Notes: generated from the letters alone by a model not told the origin. A stretch of DNA of 64,000 bases from Chlorokybus atmophyticus (GCA_009103225.1 RHPI01003508.1:1-64000); one strand, 5' to 3'. Positions 12,968 to 28,700 are shown, numbered from the stretch's first letter. Made by a program: numbers and translations.

Positions 12968-15230
12968 ATGGCGACAGCAGTGCCTTGTGGCAGCCAAGTG
13001 TTCAACCCAACAATGGCCAACCAAACGGATGACAAATTTCTGAGGGACTACTTTCCCCCGGCGCACAACACCCATGTGCGAAACATGGACAAGTTCACCA
13101 ATAAGCTTAAGCGGTGGGAGCCAATCCATGGTCTAGTTTGGAAGGAGGTGAATTTCGATAAGCGGTGCAAAGATCCTGCAGAGCAGGCCAGCATTGCCAA
13201 GCTGGAGAGATTATGAGGAGTTCCAGCCGGAGGTGGAGCCTCAAGTGTTTTGGGAAGGCATAGAGCTCCGCATGTCAAGAGGTCGATTGTTTTTTGTGTC
13301 GGTTTCTTGAATGCCTTTTGTGTAGATTGGTAACTTTTTCAGCTGAAATCAGCTAGTCTTCATGCATATGGCAAGCTTTGCTAGCCCTCAAGCTGTTGTT
13401 ACTGCTGGTCAGTGTTGCCACTGTTGCAAGTCAATTAATATTACGCTATATGCCGAGTTGTCATGTTATTTGACATAGATGGCTTGCTGTTTAGCTGAAC
13501 TCAGCTACCCCCTATGCATATCCTGCTGTTTTAATACTGGTTGGTGGTGCCACTGTTGCAGGTCAGTTGCTATCACGTTGTTTGCCAAGTTGTCGCGTGT
13601 GACTGTTTGTCAAGATGGAACACTGTTCAGTGCCTATGAGTGTTTGGGTCACAGCACAGCAATGCATATGTCGTAGACCTTGGACAGTGCTTATGAGTCT
13701 TCAGATCACAGCAATGCAATGTTTAAGTTGTAAACACTGTGTCTTTAAATTGCAGCAGTGACGCACAGGCAGGACGGTGCTCTAGACAGTGCCAAGCTAC
13801 GAGACCAAAGCAGCTTGTGAACATGTTGCTTAACTTATAACTTCTGCTGGGCAGAGCACATTTTGGCATATATCATACAATGCCAATAGACTTATCGGAG
13901 GGGCATTAAAGAAGAACGAGGTGAACGCCAAGGATAGTAAATAGCAGCCGGTTCAGCTCCGTGCATATGCTTGAGAAGCAGAGCGAACTGTTAAACACGA
14001 CACAGCTGCTTGTTGCCGGTCTGCAGGATGGGGTAGAGTTTTCAGTCCTAACGATTGCAGCCCTTGCAAACAGTCGTTCTGTGGTGCCCCTTGAGCGACG
14101 GCCCCCTTCCAGATGACGTGCTGCGGGCTACTTGGCTCAAATTTAGGTAAGGACTGTATACGCGCATGTATGAATGCATTCCTGAACTGTGACAACTCCA
14201 CTGAAAGTGGAACAAGCTGAATGTACAGCTGTTGTGTTGTGTTATCTAACACCATGCCCGTCCATGAGGTACAAACATGCAGACGATCACGACGAAGAAG
14301 ACAAAGTCTTTGATATCTATATGCAATCCTCAAGTCGTGAAGACCCATGTGTGCCCGTGGCCATTGCCACCATCCTTGAGATTGTCGAGGGTGGATGAGC
14401 CATGCCGCACATACAGTGTGCAGATCATAAATTGGCTACCAGTGTTTTGCGTGGAGGACGACAGCATGCGGCCGCTCATACCTATCAGGTCGCAAAGGCT
14501 CATGCATGGCAAGACACCGGATCATCACACACGCGCCGAGCTAAAGGCAAGTTGGTGATTGTTAGTCAATGCATGGTTGCTGCTTTTGTAACTGCATGTC
14601 ATTAAGTGCGAGACGTGCGTCGCGTGTAATTGGCTATAGTGTGCATAAGTGGACCGCCTGTGACACTAACTACTGATGGAGTGCATGTGCAGAGCGCGAC
14701 GGTTGAGTGGCCACTTATGTTCATGAGCCAGATGGGCACCTGTGTTTGTGAAAACGGGGAATGCAGCTTCAATAGGCACGTCCGCATGGGGGATTGCCAG
14801 GCGAGAGTATGAAGAACTGAACATTAATGCTCAGCAAAACAATTATGTGAGCTATGTGCTGAAAATTTCTTGTTTCAAGTGCTTGCTGGTTGCGCTAATG
14901 GTTAGCCCATGCAAGACCGCGAGATTTCAATAGATGATGAGAAGCTGGAGGTGCTATTGGTTGTGTACTGTGGCATTTAGCAAACACCTACTAGGGCGCA
15001 GGTTGGCCAATAACGGAAATTCTGGCGAAATAAGCAGGTGGCGCTGATGAAGAGCGTGGTACCTCTTCCCTTTCGAGACCAGGCCGGGATGGACGGCATT
15101 TCAACACAGCGTATCATGTAAAGGGTTGTGCAGTTTTTAATGAAAAAAAAGTGGCTGGGCGAAGACCGAATGCAGGGTGGTCACCTGGGCTGGATGAACA
15201 CGAGGAAACGGCCAGGTATGTTTTGAGCTC
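12968..15230 (+). pseudogene. Decayed multi-exon coding sequence divergent from the previous one, probably transposon-borne
   Basis: ATG 12968 begins MATAVPCGSQVFNPTMANQTDDKFLRDYFPP...AKLERL*GVP. A later exon-like piece reads IDDEKLEVLLVVYCGI*QTPTRAQVGQ*RKFWRNKQVALMKSVVPLPF...RIM*RVVQFLMKKKWLG and ends at a GT donor near 15218. Confidence 0.5.
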
Positions 15231-15954
15231 ATAGACCGCTCGTAGGCTTGGTAGCTGTGACCAATGCACAGTGTTACAATGCAACCCATATGGTTTGCTT
15301 GTATGCTGATAGGCTGCAAGCCAATAGCGCCATGTATGAGCAGTGGCTCTGTGTATGTGCTTGTACGCACTCGCTACTCATTATGATTGCAAGCATGCCA
15401 GATGACAATGAAACGCCTGCGCCCAAGAAGTTCCGCTTGATGGGGCGATGGGAGCCAAGCAGAACGGCAATTGCCAAATGATAGATATCAAAGATGTGCA
15501 AAGTTGCTACTGTTACATGTTGCTATTGTTATGTGTCTATTCTTCAAGAACTGTATTTTGTGATCTACAGTTGCTGTGTTGCTTATATGCGGTGTGCGCG
15601 CGCAATGTCTATGGCAACAGATGTTGGCGCACGCGGTGTGCACTTGTTCATCTGAAAGGCCGTCTACAATTGCAAGTATAGAGCAACCAGAATGAATGTG
15701 TGCGTGCAATGCCGAGATCACGTCGTGTGCGCAGCGTGCACTTAGTCTCATATAGGCAATTCATGAGCGCTAGTGACCTTAGTAGTAGCTATGAGGATGC
15801 TGCTGCACATAGGATAGCTGTTTGGCAGTTTGCAGGTCTCGCTGATTGTCAGACACGCACCATATAACAGATTTGCTGGTGCATGGGTCATAGATAAGCG
15901 TTGGTGCAGGATGTCAGCGGGTGTCGTGCACAAATGCTGAACCCTGGATGCAAG

Positions 15955-16430
15955 TATGGACCAATGCAGTAAGGTTTGGCTGGTACAAAAAAATAGTTGG
16001 GTGTGGACCTGGCATGGTCCCGCCAGCGGAGCCATGGTTGGTCCCACTGGTCGGGACCATCCTTGCAAATCATTTGAGCTAGAATACAAGTAATTCATGC
16101 ATGGTCCCACAGTGCGGACCAAGGATGCTCCTGCTACTCGGGACCAGTAGTGGTGATGCTTTTTACAGAACTGTGTCAAGAGTGGACCATCCTTGGTGTA
16201 TGCAGCAACACGCATGGCAAATTAGCTTTGATCCCATTGCGCTCGTCATGATAACAGCAATTAGGGCTGGACCGTTTCCGAGGGATAATTACGTACTGTT
16301 TTTACCAGCCATAGTCCCCGCGTATGGACCAAGGCGGGCAACCCTGGTCCGGACCCCAAGCCGCCCGGGCGGTTTGGCCCTGCTCCATGCAAAAATATCC
16401 GTGTGTATTGGCCAATATTTATGGACAAAG
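15955..16430. repeat. Dense array of GGACC/GGTCC motifs in both orientations (transposon subterminal-like)
   Basis: About a dozen ggacc/ggtcc cores, e.g. ggaccaatg, ggacctggcatggtccc, gggaccatcc, ggaccaagg, gggaccag, ggaccatcc, ctggtccggaccc. Confidence 0.55.
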
Positions 16431-16557
16431 GTTGTAAAGCGGTCAGCCGCAGTCATTTGTGCACGTGGATTTCACGACACTACGGTATTTACAGCGCTTA
16501 AATTGTGGTGATGTATAGGTGATGTACATGTGATAAGTTATTTTTACTTATTCAGTA

Positions 16558-19500
16558 CAGTGTACCCTTGTTATAGTGACCACAAATGTGTAGAGGCATT
16601 TTACCACTATGTACAATTGTTGTAACATGGTGACTTATGGTTATAATGTCGTAATGCTATTCAGCGACATTTTGTCATTGTCACGAGGGTGGTATGATAA
16701 TAAAGCAACTTCATTACATATAGATGGATTGCATGTTGCCTATGGACACACTCATTGCCATAATCACTTGACACCTGCAGCATTGTACTGATCAGGTTGT
16801 TGAGGAATACAAATTGTTGTGCGCACACACATTGGCAGAGGCTACTCTATACAAGTAGAGGATGCTATGTACATATATATATATGTCTAAATTTGTACAC
16901 ATATGCAAGACGAGGGAGGTTGTGCCACTGCCAGTCCGTGGCGCTCTTGTGACCACGGAACGGAATAACATGCCAACGGATGGCAGGACGCAGGGTAGCA
17001 AGGCAACCTCTCGGACATCGTCTTTGCCCACACCACGGGCAGAGTTTCCACGGGAAGACTTTATACCGATCGCGACATGTGTGTATGAACAGGCTGGAGG
17101 AAATGGACAACCAGGGAAGGGTTGGGGGTAGGATATTATCGTCGCTCCGCACCCTCCAACTAAAGCAATGGAGGCGCTATGAGTCCACGGGGATCGCACC
17201 TACCAGAGTCCTCCCTACACGCTGTTTGTCACTAGACATCAACACTTTATATCGCAAATCCCATACACCTACCACTTTGGGTACATGTGTTGCTGAACGC
17301 GATGGCCACGCCGACGGAGAGGGATCCAGTACACATGAGAACATGGTGGATAGATTATTATGCCCCATTCACATTCCATAAGTCGCTCACCACTGGGGCT
17401 ATTGGATCACATACAAGGGGTTAAGTTTCCCTTCATACCTAATGCGGCCTGCACTTGCTGCAGGCACCTTCCCGCGCTTAGGCCATACATACTGGCGAGG
17501 CGCTGCGGCCATGCTGGCTGCGCTGTAGACGCGGCGAGGGCCTCCCTCGCCACGTCTACTCCAAGCAAGACATAATGCTGACGCCTGGGCCTGCGCCTCA
17601 GCTCCCCTCTCGAAAGCTCATATGCGTTAGAGCCGCTCGCCCCCGACATCATGCACGACCATGTGCATGCGGCCAAGGCAAACCCTGCTTTGAGCGACCG
17701 CCACCTAAGCTATCAAGATGCAGCATTGGAACCGGATCCACATCCTGATCGACTGCAGTCATCATCGACGGCTCAACAGACCCGAAGGTTTCGCGCGCAA
17801 AACAACAAACCGGATGTACAAAGACAGACGGTTACGGCCGTTACAATAACCGCCACTTGAACCATGGTAGAAGGACCTAATTAGCATTATCAACTAGTCA
17901 GTTGGTAATGCAAGTCTCTCTTTCTCGCTCACTTGTGATACGTTGTCGACTCTTAGCTTTTCCTATACCTGGTGGTTAGCTCAGAGTTGAGACTTCTTGG
18001 TTGAACATTGTATTAGCAGTTGTTTTGACTTGGAGAGTGTGAGTGTTATGAGAGTGTGTTGATGTTGTGAGCATAGTGCTTGCCTTTGAAGCCTGCCATC
18101 ATCTCGCATGTATACATTGCAGCCATCCCAACGCCATTACACCATTTAAAGCCGACTGTGTTCTGTCCACACTTGTAATATGTACGGTACTGTGCATCAC
18201 ATGCTTGCATTGTTACGGTTGAGTTGCATGCAGAGAGCATTTGTAGAGACTTAGCACCAACTCTGAGTGACTTGTTCTGTGTACCTCTATGGGATCATCG
18301 TATCATAAATGCATGACATGCATTGAGTGTTTCCAATTTGCAAGCTTTACAACTAGTAGTAGAACAACCAATGTGCCCTACTTCATCATTGCCTATTCGC
18401 ACACCTCTTCACTATCTTAGATAGTAGGAAGCTTGCTGTCCTCGTCAACATTCATTTTTCACATTAAAGACACGACCAGGTCTTCAACACATAGCGCGCA
18501 ACATGTTAAGAAATGCAACGAGAGCACAAGCTTTACAATTGCACAGGTATAGTTACTCACCAGAGTCCAAGCCTGCGTCCTCATCAGGATCCGGAGTCTT
18601 GGTGTGCATTGCGCCACAGTGTGGTGTTATGCAGGGCAGCCTCGTGCACAATGTTGTTGCTCACACCACGCGCATTGGTGTACCCAACCACACTCACCAA
18701 ACTGACACAACCCTCGCCACATCCGGGATGGAGGACGATCGGGAAAGACCACTCTGATTGGGTGACACCAGCGTTGCGTCGCTCCTCCCATTCAGTAGTC
18801 AGATGTGGTAGAGTAACTCCCGGGCTTATCCTTCCATGTCGGCTCGTACACACGCATGTGTACAAGCCTGCAAAGAAAATGGAGAGGTGACCAGCATGCT
18901 GGCGTGTATCACCAAGGCAATTAACCAATAGCCGGCCGAGCGGGGGCGATGAGATCACCACCACTGTGCCACCCCAACATGGCTCTGTCACCTTCACCTC
19001 CTCCTCCGCATTGCTGTGAGGAGGCCGGCGCTCACAGATGTAGCCACTCCTGCTAGGCCATATATATTGCCACGCCGCCATTGCGGGCAGACCAACCCGC
19101 ATGCACAACGCCAAGGGCGTATAGCCGAAGGCATGCGGAGATGTGGTTATCTTCATGCCCGGGCAGCATGGCTCGGAATTCACATTTGCAAGTGGATATT
19201 GAGCATCAGCATACACGACGTCTATCAGCACGACAATGTGATCCATTTGACCGGTGGCCAAAAATCGGCTAACTTGATACAACATTTATTGACCATTAAT
19301 GTGTTACACCGAATTGCTGCCGATCTTTCTATGTAGTGACAATTACTCACCATAATCAGATATATAGTATAGCAATCACCCTCGCAATAAATATGACAAT
19401 AGCTACATGCACCACTGTCCTTACAGTAAGAGTGTGATACTTACCATAATGGGGCAGAATTGCCCCGCGTGAACTAGTCATGCAAATTGTCACTATTACA

Positions 19501-19567
19501 AGCCTCGTTTCAATGCCACCCTAAGGGTGTTATTAGAAGGAGTGTGATCACATTGAGGGTAGACTGT
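16558..19567. mobile_element. About 3.0-kb TA-flanked TIR DNA element (Tc1/mariner-pogo-like ends) with decayed internal sequence
   Basis: Left end TA|cagtgtacccttgttatagtgaccac; right end gtgatcacattgagggtagactg|TA, whose reverse complement is cagtctaccctcaatgtgatcac. The same terminal motif bounds the MITEs at 28200-29165. Confidence 0.6.
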
Positions 19568-21075
19568 ACTCATCCAATAAGCGCTTACCATAAGGTTTAA
19601 CTACAATATTACAAACACAAAACATGACATAAATGAGTATGATGTTACAACGTGTACAAGCAATGCGTCACGGAATTGCCCGTGTATGATTATTATGTTC
19701 ATCACTACGCGTGGTGATGTACGCAAAAATCATACAATTAACCATTGAAATTGTCACACTTCACCATTAGGCTACTCAACCTTATCTCACTTACTGCATA
19801 TACCAACGCTAACGCCTCGTTTATCATGCAAGCATGCCATGGCATACAAACGCGATCATTTGCGACGCAACCGATTCATACCATGATTATTTTGGCCTAC
19901 AATATGACATGAATGAATAAGGTTGCTTGAAGCAATACAACATCACGTAATATGCACCAAAGTATAATACACTCATTGATGCTATAAGTTGTTAAATACA
20001 CATTTCAAGCTGCAAACACCATGACGTAAATACTTATCATGTAAAAAAGCGATGATCACTAGGATTTCTTGCACACTCTACTTTACTCGTAGCCTCTCAA
20101 TTGTAATAGCTCATGTGCTTGTATCAATGATGCCATTCTTGCCACCGTCACGTTAGGGTATATTCAATATACCTTAAGTTTGCGTTTTGTTTATTAATGT
20201 TATCATCAACTCGTTTGTTAAACTTGATATAAATTAATAATCCAATAAAAGACGTATGTATCTTTAAAATCGTTTCAAAAGATTTATTTTATTATTTTTT
20301 TTCGAGATGTATGTAGTAGTAGTAGGAGGAGGGACATCTCTCCTCTTGCTCATAAATAAGTCACAATAACCAACCGTGCAAACGGCACCGTAACGCATTT
20401 CGACTCATGATATGTGAGATGCCACGAATACCATCATGCATGACAAGATTCCAAGGACCTGGCGTCCCTCATGATGACATGATGCGAGGCCCTATTGGTA
20501 CTACCAATTAGGTAGCCAGTGTAGCGAGTACATCTTCATCTTCAATAAAGCGTCAGAAAAACGAACGTCTTTGGCAGCACGCACTGCCAAAGAAAGCAGG
20601 CTCCGAAGCAGTGCTTCGCAAGCAACCTTGAAGAAACCTTAGCGAGCAAACACGAAGTGTCCAACCAGTTCAGGATTGTTTGCAAACTCTATAAGTTAAA
20701 TACCTACTTTTGTGTTGACCGTGGACAGGTAACTTCCCTGAGGGAAGCGTTTCGGCCAGTCCACGTGCGTCATAAGATGCATTTCAACACGTAGGTTACA
20801 AAAAGTCTTAAGCAAGAAAAATTTCAATGGCATTCTTGCTCCCTAAGCACTCGCCTGTCTGCTTTCGCCAGAAAGTGACCCCACGCAGTCTCATCGGACG
20901 GCCTTTGTAGTGCACGTGGATGCATCCGACGATTGATCATCGCCTACATAGCTTAAAGCAGTTACGTAACCGCGTTAGCTTGTCGTCGGTTAACCATGTG
21001 CTTAGCAGACTACACGCGGCATGCATGTGCTGAGCAGCAGCAGCATCCGCGGCGGTGTTGGCGGCGGCAGCGGCA

Positions 21076-23719
<2,644 letters not shown>

Positions 23720-24651
23720 AAAGATTGTGAAGATATGAAGAGATTATTGATTTGCAATAGCAGTACTGTGTGAAAAACAATGATGGTGAAGCTGTGGAGT
23801 TGTAGAGTAGTGTATCCTGTTTTGCTTGTGCGGTATTATTAATGAGACGCAGCTAGTGAGGGCTGAGTCACATTTTTTTGCAATGAGCGCTATGGGGCTA
23901 TAATCCATGCGGTTGATGCATGGCTGCTTTAGTGCCTTAAGGGAGAAGCGCACATTATGTAACAGCACCATGTCTTGTGCCAGTCGGTTTTTTGGCCGTA
24001 GTTGTTGGGCTGGCAGATGGCGTCAAGTTCAGACTTTCTGGAATCCTCTCATCGAGCACTGTAGCTTTTGCTTTAATAGCATAGACAAATTCGCTATGTG
24101 CAGTTAGTTAATTATCAACCGTGAACTATCAGCTTAACCACGATATTCTCAACCATGAGCGCTGCTTGCGTGAGTATGAGACCAGGCAATAAAAAGTAAC
24201 TACATTCCCCTAATGTCCTTGTAGATAAACAACTTCTGCACGGACACCGGCTTCAAATTCAGTGTAGAGCTAAAGTTATTAGCTGTGTCACACAATAAAG
24301 TTGCCCTGCTTATCCAAAGGACGTGACTGAGTACCTTCCACGATAGTTATTGCAGGCGCCACTTGGTCAAAAGTAACAATCGACCACAGTTTTAATAACT
24401 ACTCAATACGATTTACAACATGCTGTTGACCGGGTCGTACACTTCACCCTGTAGCAAAAGTTACAACCCGGCAAACACAGGTGTCACAATACCGGCGCTT
24501 GTCCCTTACATGTATAAAATGAGGATTGGTTGTTTGATACCTCAGACATCAGGTGCAGCTTGCGAGGGTTTGCTTGAAAGGTTTTTTGTGAGTGTCTGAG
24601 GCACCCACATTAGTACATTGCTGCTCCGATGCACTGCATAGACTATTGCTA

Positions 24652-24829
24652 AATAAGGCGTAATCATGCAGTCGCAATGGGCTCGCCTTTAAGGTTCAAG
24701 CAGCTAGCGGAAGCTGCAAGCTTTCCGGGAAAGCGTCCAAAGGCATTGCCAAGGTAATTGTCCAGGTGCGGAGGGTGTGATAACCGGTTGGGAAAAAAGT
24801 AAAAAAATAAAATGAATAAGGCGTAATCA
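24652..24829 (+). mobile_element. 148-bp retroposed insert (SINE or 5'-truncated LINE) with A-rich tail and 15-bp target-site duplication
   Basis: aataaggcgtaatca at 24652-24666 and 24815-24829 flanks an insert ending in gggaaaaaagtaaaaaaataaaatg. Confidence 0.7.
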
Positions 24830-25848
24830 CACAGCGTTATAAACATCCAATATTTGTTGGAGTCAAAGACCAACAACACTTTTAGTGCACATGTCTTGGC
24901 TTGACTTGAAAACCACTCATTTACAAGGCTCATTCATACACTATAATGTGTATTATGATGATACAAGTTGCAAAGATGACCCACCGGCAAAGAAGGTCCA
25001 TGCTGCTGATAATTTAAACATATTCCGCCACCCTTGGCACTGCCCGCATTTGGCAGTGGCTAACACGTGGCGCTTGTGTGTGTCAGATATACCAGCAAAT
25101 GCCTGCCTGTCTCCTCCCTTGCCTGCTGCCTCAACCTCAGTGCTTGCGTTCGTGCAAACTATTTAAATCTTAGAGGCCCGGGCCAGCGCATTGCTCTTGC
25201 TCTTGCTATGCTTGCTTGCAAACGTGTTTCTTACTACTGTGCTCTTGTTACGCCTAACAGGCAAGGCAATCACACTCTCAGGTTGCTATAATGACAGCAT
25301 GATTGTATAGGAGTTCAACTGCTTAGGTGGGTGCAGTACTTAAGTGGTTCGCTCATGCACTAAATCCTTGAGCTTATGAGCCTTATGCATGATGAACTGT
25401 ACAATGCATTGATAAGCAGCTTGCACAGAGCTGGTCAGTGTGCATATGTATGCATAAGCATGCATGCCATCAGTTACTGCGGGTAACAAGGCGTTGATGG
25501 CCTTCAAAGTGCCTGTGTGCATTGTGTGGCCTGTGTTGCCAACCTAGAGAGAGCCTTAAAGAGAATCTTGAAGAATTTTAAAGAATCTTGAAGAGAATCT
25601 TATGTGTAAGCTTTGGATGGGCGAAAAGGCGTCAATAGCTTTTGAGCTCACCTGTGGCTAAGTGGGAAGGCAACATGGAGAAGTATATTAGGCTGGACCA
25701 GCATGGTGTTGAGGTTCAGTTGGACTCAGCCTTACTTACTTGATGTGTGTTTGGGGTGCTTGGCGTAACTGTTGAAGGGCCTTTCTTACCCTCCTGTGTG
25801 GGGCGTTTCTGAGTGGACTAGCTAGAGTTTAAATGGTTTTCCTTGGAA

Positions 25849-25985
25849 TCGACGCCTGCACTAACTTGGGATTGACGCTTGCATCAACTAACTTAATTGA
25901 CGCCTGCACTAACTTTGAAAGAAGAGGCGCCTACCTAGGTTTGGGGGTGTTTCAACTAAGTGGTTGACGCCTGTGCTAAAGAGTA
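25849..25985. repeat. Four copies of a motif related to TTGACGCCTGCACTAACT
   Basis: Copies start near 25849, 25872, 25897 and 25964; aggcgcct also occurs twice. Confidence 0.7.
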
Positions 25986-27934
25986 GGCGCCTCCCACTTC
26001 CTGCTACTGTTGGTGGTCTTCCTTGACTACCTGTTGTTATGGACGAACCCTAGCTGGTTCTGCCATTGTGTATTACTAAAAGTGCATGCATGTGTATGTG
26101 CATGCAGTAGCCTTACACACTGCTGTGTGTGTGTGTGTATGTGTGTGTGTGTGTGCATGCATGTGTATGCCTCTTGCATGTTGAGGATGTGCATGGCCTG
26201 TGTGCATGCACAATAGCCTTGCATTTTTGTGCATGTATGGCTGCATCCTCCAGAGCACACTGCATGCTCACGCATAGGATGAGCCTCCGATAGCAAGCAT
26301 GTGTTCCACACGTGATGATGATAGTATTGCAGCTCTGAGTGACCCGCCCTAAGCAGAGTGATTCGTGTGATTCCCACTGGGCTATGGAACCTCATGAGGA
26401 CATGCCACATGCTTCCCTTTATGCGAATAACTTATGGGGCTATTGCATAAGTGCACTAACTGGCACTGATTGGTTTACATCACACAGACATGATAGTTGT
26501 GACAACTCTCGTGTGCCTCTGCTGTTGCTGCTGCTGCATCATGCCCACACTTGCTTGCTTCTTGTCCACGTATTTATATACATGGCTTATTAGGCTTAAC
26601 ATTATTTGACGTTTACATAATGTTATGCCAAATGATTTGTGCAATTGATGTCATTATATTGTAACCGTCGATGATAATATTCACACACTGAGTGCGCTAG
26701 GCAAGAACTTGGAAACGTGTAAGGGAGAATTGGTTGTGTCGTGCAAATTGATGCCTTTTGCAATATAAATGCGTCATGTATACTGTAATACTTATGATCT
26801 AAAATTGCAACAAGGCACTATTCGCTTCAATGTGCGATTATATACAATTAATGGGTGATGACTTTATTAAGGTAGCCATGCTTTTACAACATGAAATGGC
26901 AATTACCATGTTTGCATAGCATGCTGTTTCACATGTGTGTAGTGCACGACGCGGTTAGCATGCTAACACAACATGTTAATAGTACAATCTATGTGCAAGT
27001 GCTTTCTTGTTCGTATAATACACCAATCATTAATGCTTTAGATCAATCCGTTTTGCAAAGATGTTATAGTGTTTTGAATTCCATTGTGGTCATTTGTACA
27101 GTGATACTTGATGAGTGACTTCAACTAGTACTTTTAGCCTCTTTCTTACTTTAATGCATTATGTTTGCTTGTGCCCCTATCATTGCTTTTGTTCGGCTGT
27201 TGACCATGTTTGATGACGCAGTAACTATAGCGTGTAATCAATTAGCGTTAAAGGGTAGAGTGGATTAGTTAGAACGAGGGTGAGTAGTGGCGGCATGTCT
27301 TTGGGGTATGGGGCCTGCCCCGACCTCGTACCGCCAAAAACGCGGCCTTTTTAACCACTAACTATGCCGCAATTGCACCAAATCCCTAGCAATTTTGGGT
27401 CGCCGTTGGTAAGCGGTTGCCGCTGAGATAATTTTCAGCATCTTTTACGCATCTTTGCAATGATTGGCCATTTCGCTGCCTTTTTGAGCAACTGGCTGTT
27501 GTCACCGTTGCGATCCCATTTAGTCAAATTCATGTGTGACCAAATGGTGGCCTAACGATGCGATTTTTCGTTTAGTTGAATCTTAACGTTAAGGTAATTC
27601 AGGTTAGCATTATTGTGATAGTCGTAACCTCGGTATTATTTACTGAGTATCGCAGCACGTACCGTGGCGTGAACGTTACATTGATTATTAAGACTTGAAA
27701 CACTTAACAGCATTTGCTAATCATATCGCACCATATTGCACCATATTGCAGCATATTTATCAATATAATTAATGTAACACATTAAAAAAACTATCAACAT
27801 TCAGCCATAAGCGGCCACGTTGCAGAACTGTGCTTATTTTTACATTGATTGGCATGCGCTTAAGTAATTGGATGTGCTTTGGACGGCCATGATCGTGCTT
27901 AGGCAGATCTAACGGTGTAACGCTTGTTCTCGCC

Positions 27935-28062
27935 GCCTAGCCAATGAGAAGCAGGCGGGCCGCACATACTGCCGCGCAGCCCGGCAGTCGCGGGTGCCAT
28001 GTGATGGCCCTAGCGCGGAATGTGTGATGTAGGTTGAATGCCGACAGGCCGGCCCGACCAAT
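27935..28062 (+). promoter_or_regulatory. CCAAT-box/GC-rich module, copy 1 (diverged duplicate of 29326-29469)
   Basis: Shares tagccaatgaga.gca.gcgggc, agtc.cgggtgc, tgtgatggccct, aatgccg and ggccggccc..ccaat, in the same order, with copy 2. Confidence 0.5.
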
Positions 28063-28197
28063 AGGCGTGATGGGCGAAATGAATCTGCGCTTCTAACATA
28101 TATATGCTCTTAACGTTCAAGAGCATGTTATGCTCTTAGTCGCCAAGAGCATACAATTTTTGAGGATAACAGTATGCTCTTACAAATAGGTAGACTA
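28060..28197 (-). mobile_element. Inverted, truncated copy of the left end of MITE B
   Basis: Reverse complement tagtctacctatttgtaagagcatactgtt...atgctcttg...cgcccatcacgcc aligns to 28701-28850. Confidence 0.65.
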
Positions 28198-28199
28198 TA

Positions 28200-28646
28200 T
28201 AGTCTACCCCCGTTACAAGACTTCGGTTTATGAAAATAACCCCGTTGAGATCATGAATTTGCAAAATCCAATCGTTTTACAGGTTTATGTCATCGGTTGG
28301 TGGAATAGTTTTGTACGCTATAAGACTACAACAAAGGGTTATAATTTTGTGTGAGCTGTCTGGTTACGGGGGAATACCTCGTTACTGGCATGTTTGTTTT
28401 AAATATTATAAACATAAACATATTACAGAACTCATATTTAGGTACGAATTAATTTATTATTGACTACTTTTAATTTAATGTATGCCACGTTAAAACATAA
28501 TAACGTGGCTTACGGTTATTTTGCAATACCCCTCTTAGTAAATTATATATTATGTAAAAAGTAGTATATATTATTGTAAACGCCAAGAGAATAACCCTGT
28601 TGATGGAATGAAAGATACACGTGATGAATATAGCGGAGGTAGACTG
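28200..28646. mobile_element. MITE A, TA-flanked, with (C/T)AGTCTACC.CCG TIRs
   Basis: TA|tagtctacccccg ... cggaggtagactg|TA; AT-rich interior with AATAACCC motifs. Confidence 0.7.
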
Positions 28647-28700
28647 TACAGTTAAGGTACATAGTGGTACGTACCTAGTTACATTGAAACATTTATTGTA

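Noticed and set aside
60-16510. One giant transposon bounded by the two GGACC arrays and capturing the CNNM gene
   Set aside because: No convincing TIR pair or TSD; only scattered 8-bp matches. CNNM is intact and looks like an ordinary host gene.
679-19300. Non-standard genetic code (TAA/TAG = Gln, as in some ulvophytes) to explain in-frame stops
   Set aside because: TGA stops also interrupt these frames, host exons contain no internal TAA/TAG, and host genes end on TAA (GH16) and TAG (ALG2, CNNM).
19437-19470. U1 snRNA-like 5' end (ATACTTACC)
   Set aside because: The match stops after 9 nt; no U1 stem-loops or Sm site, and it lies inside a TIR element.
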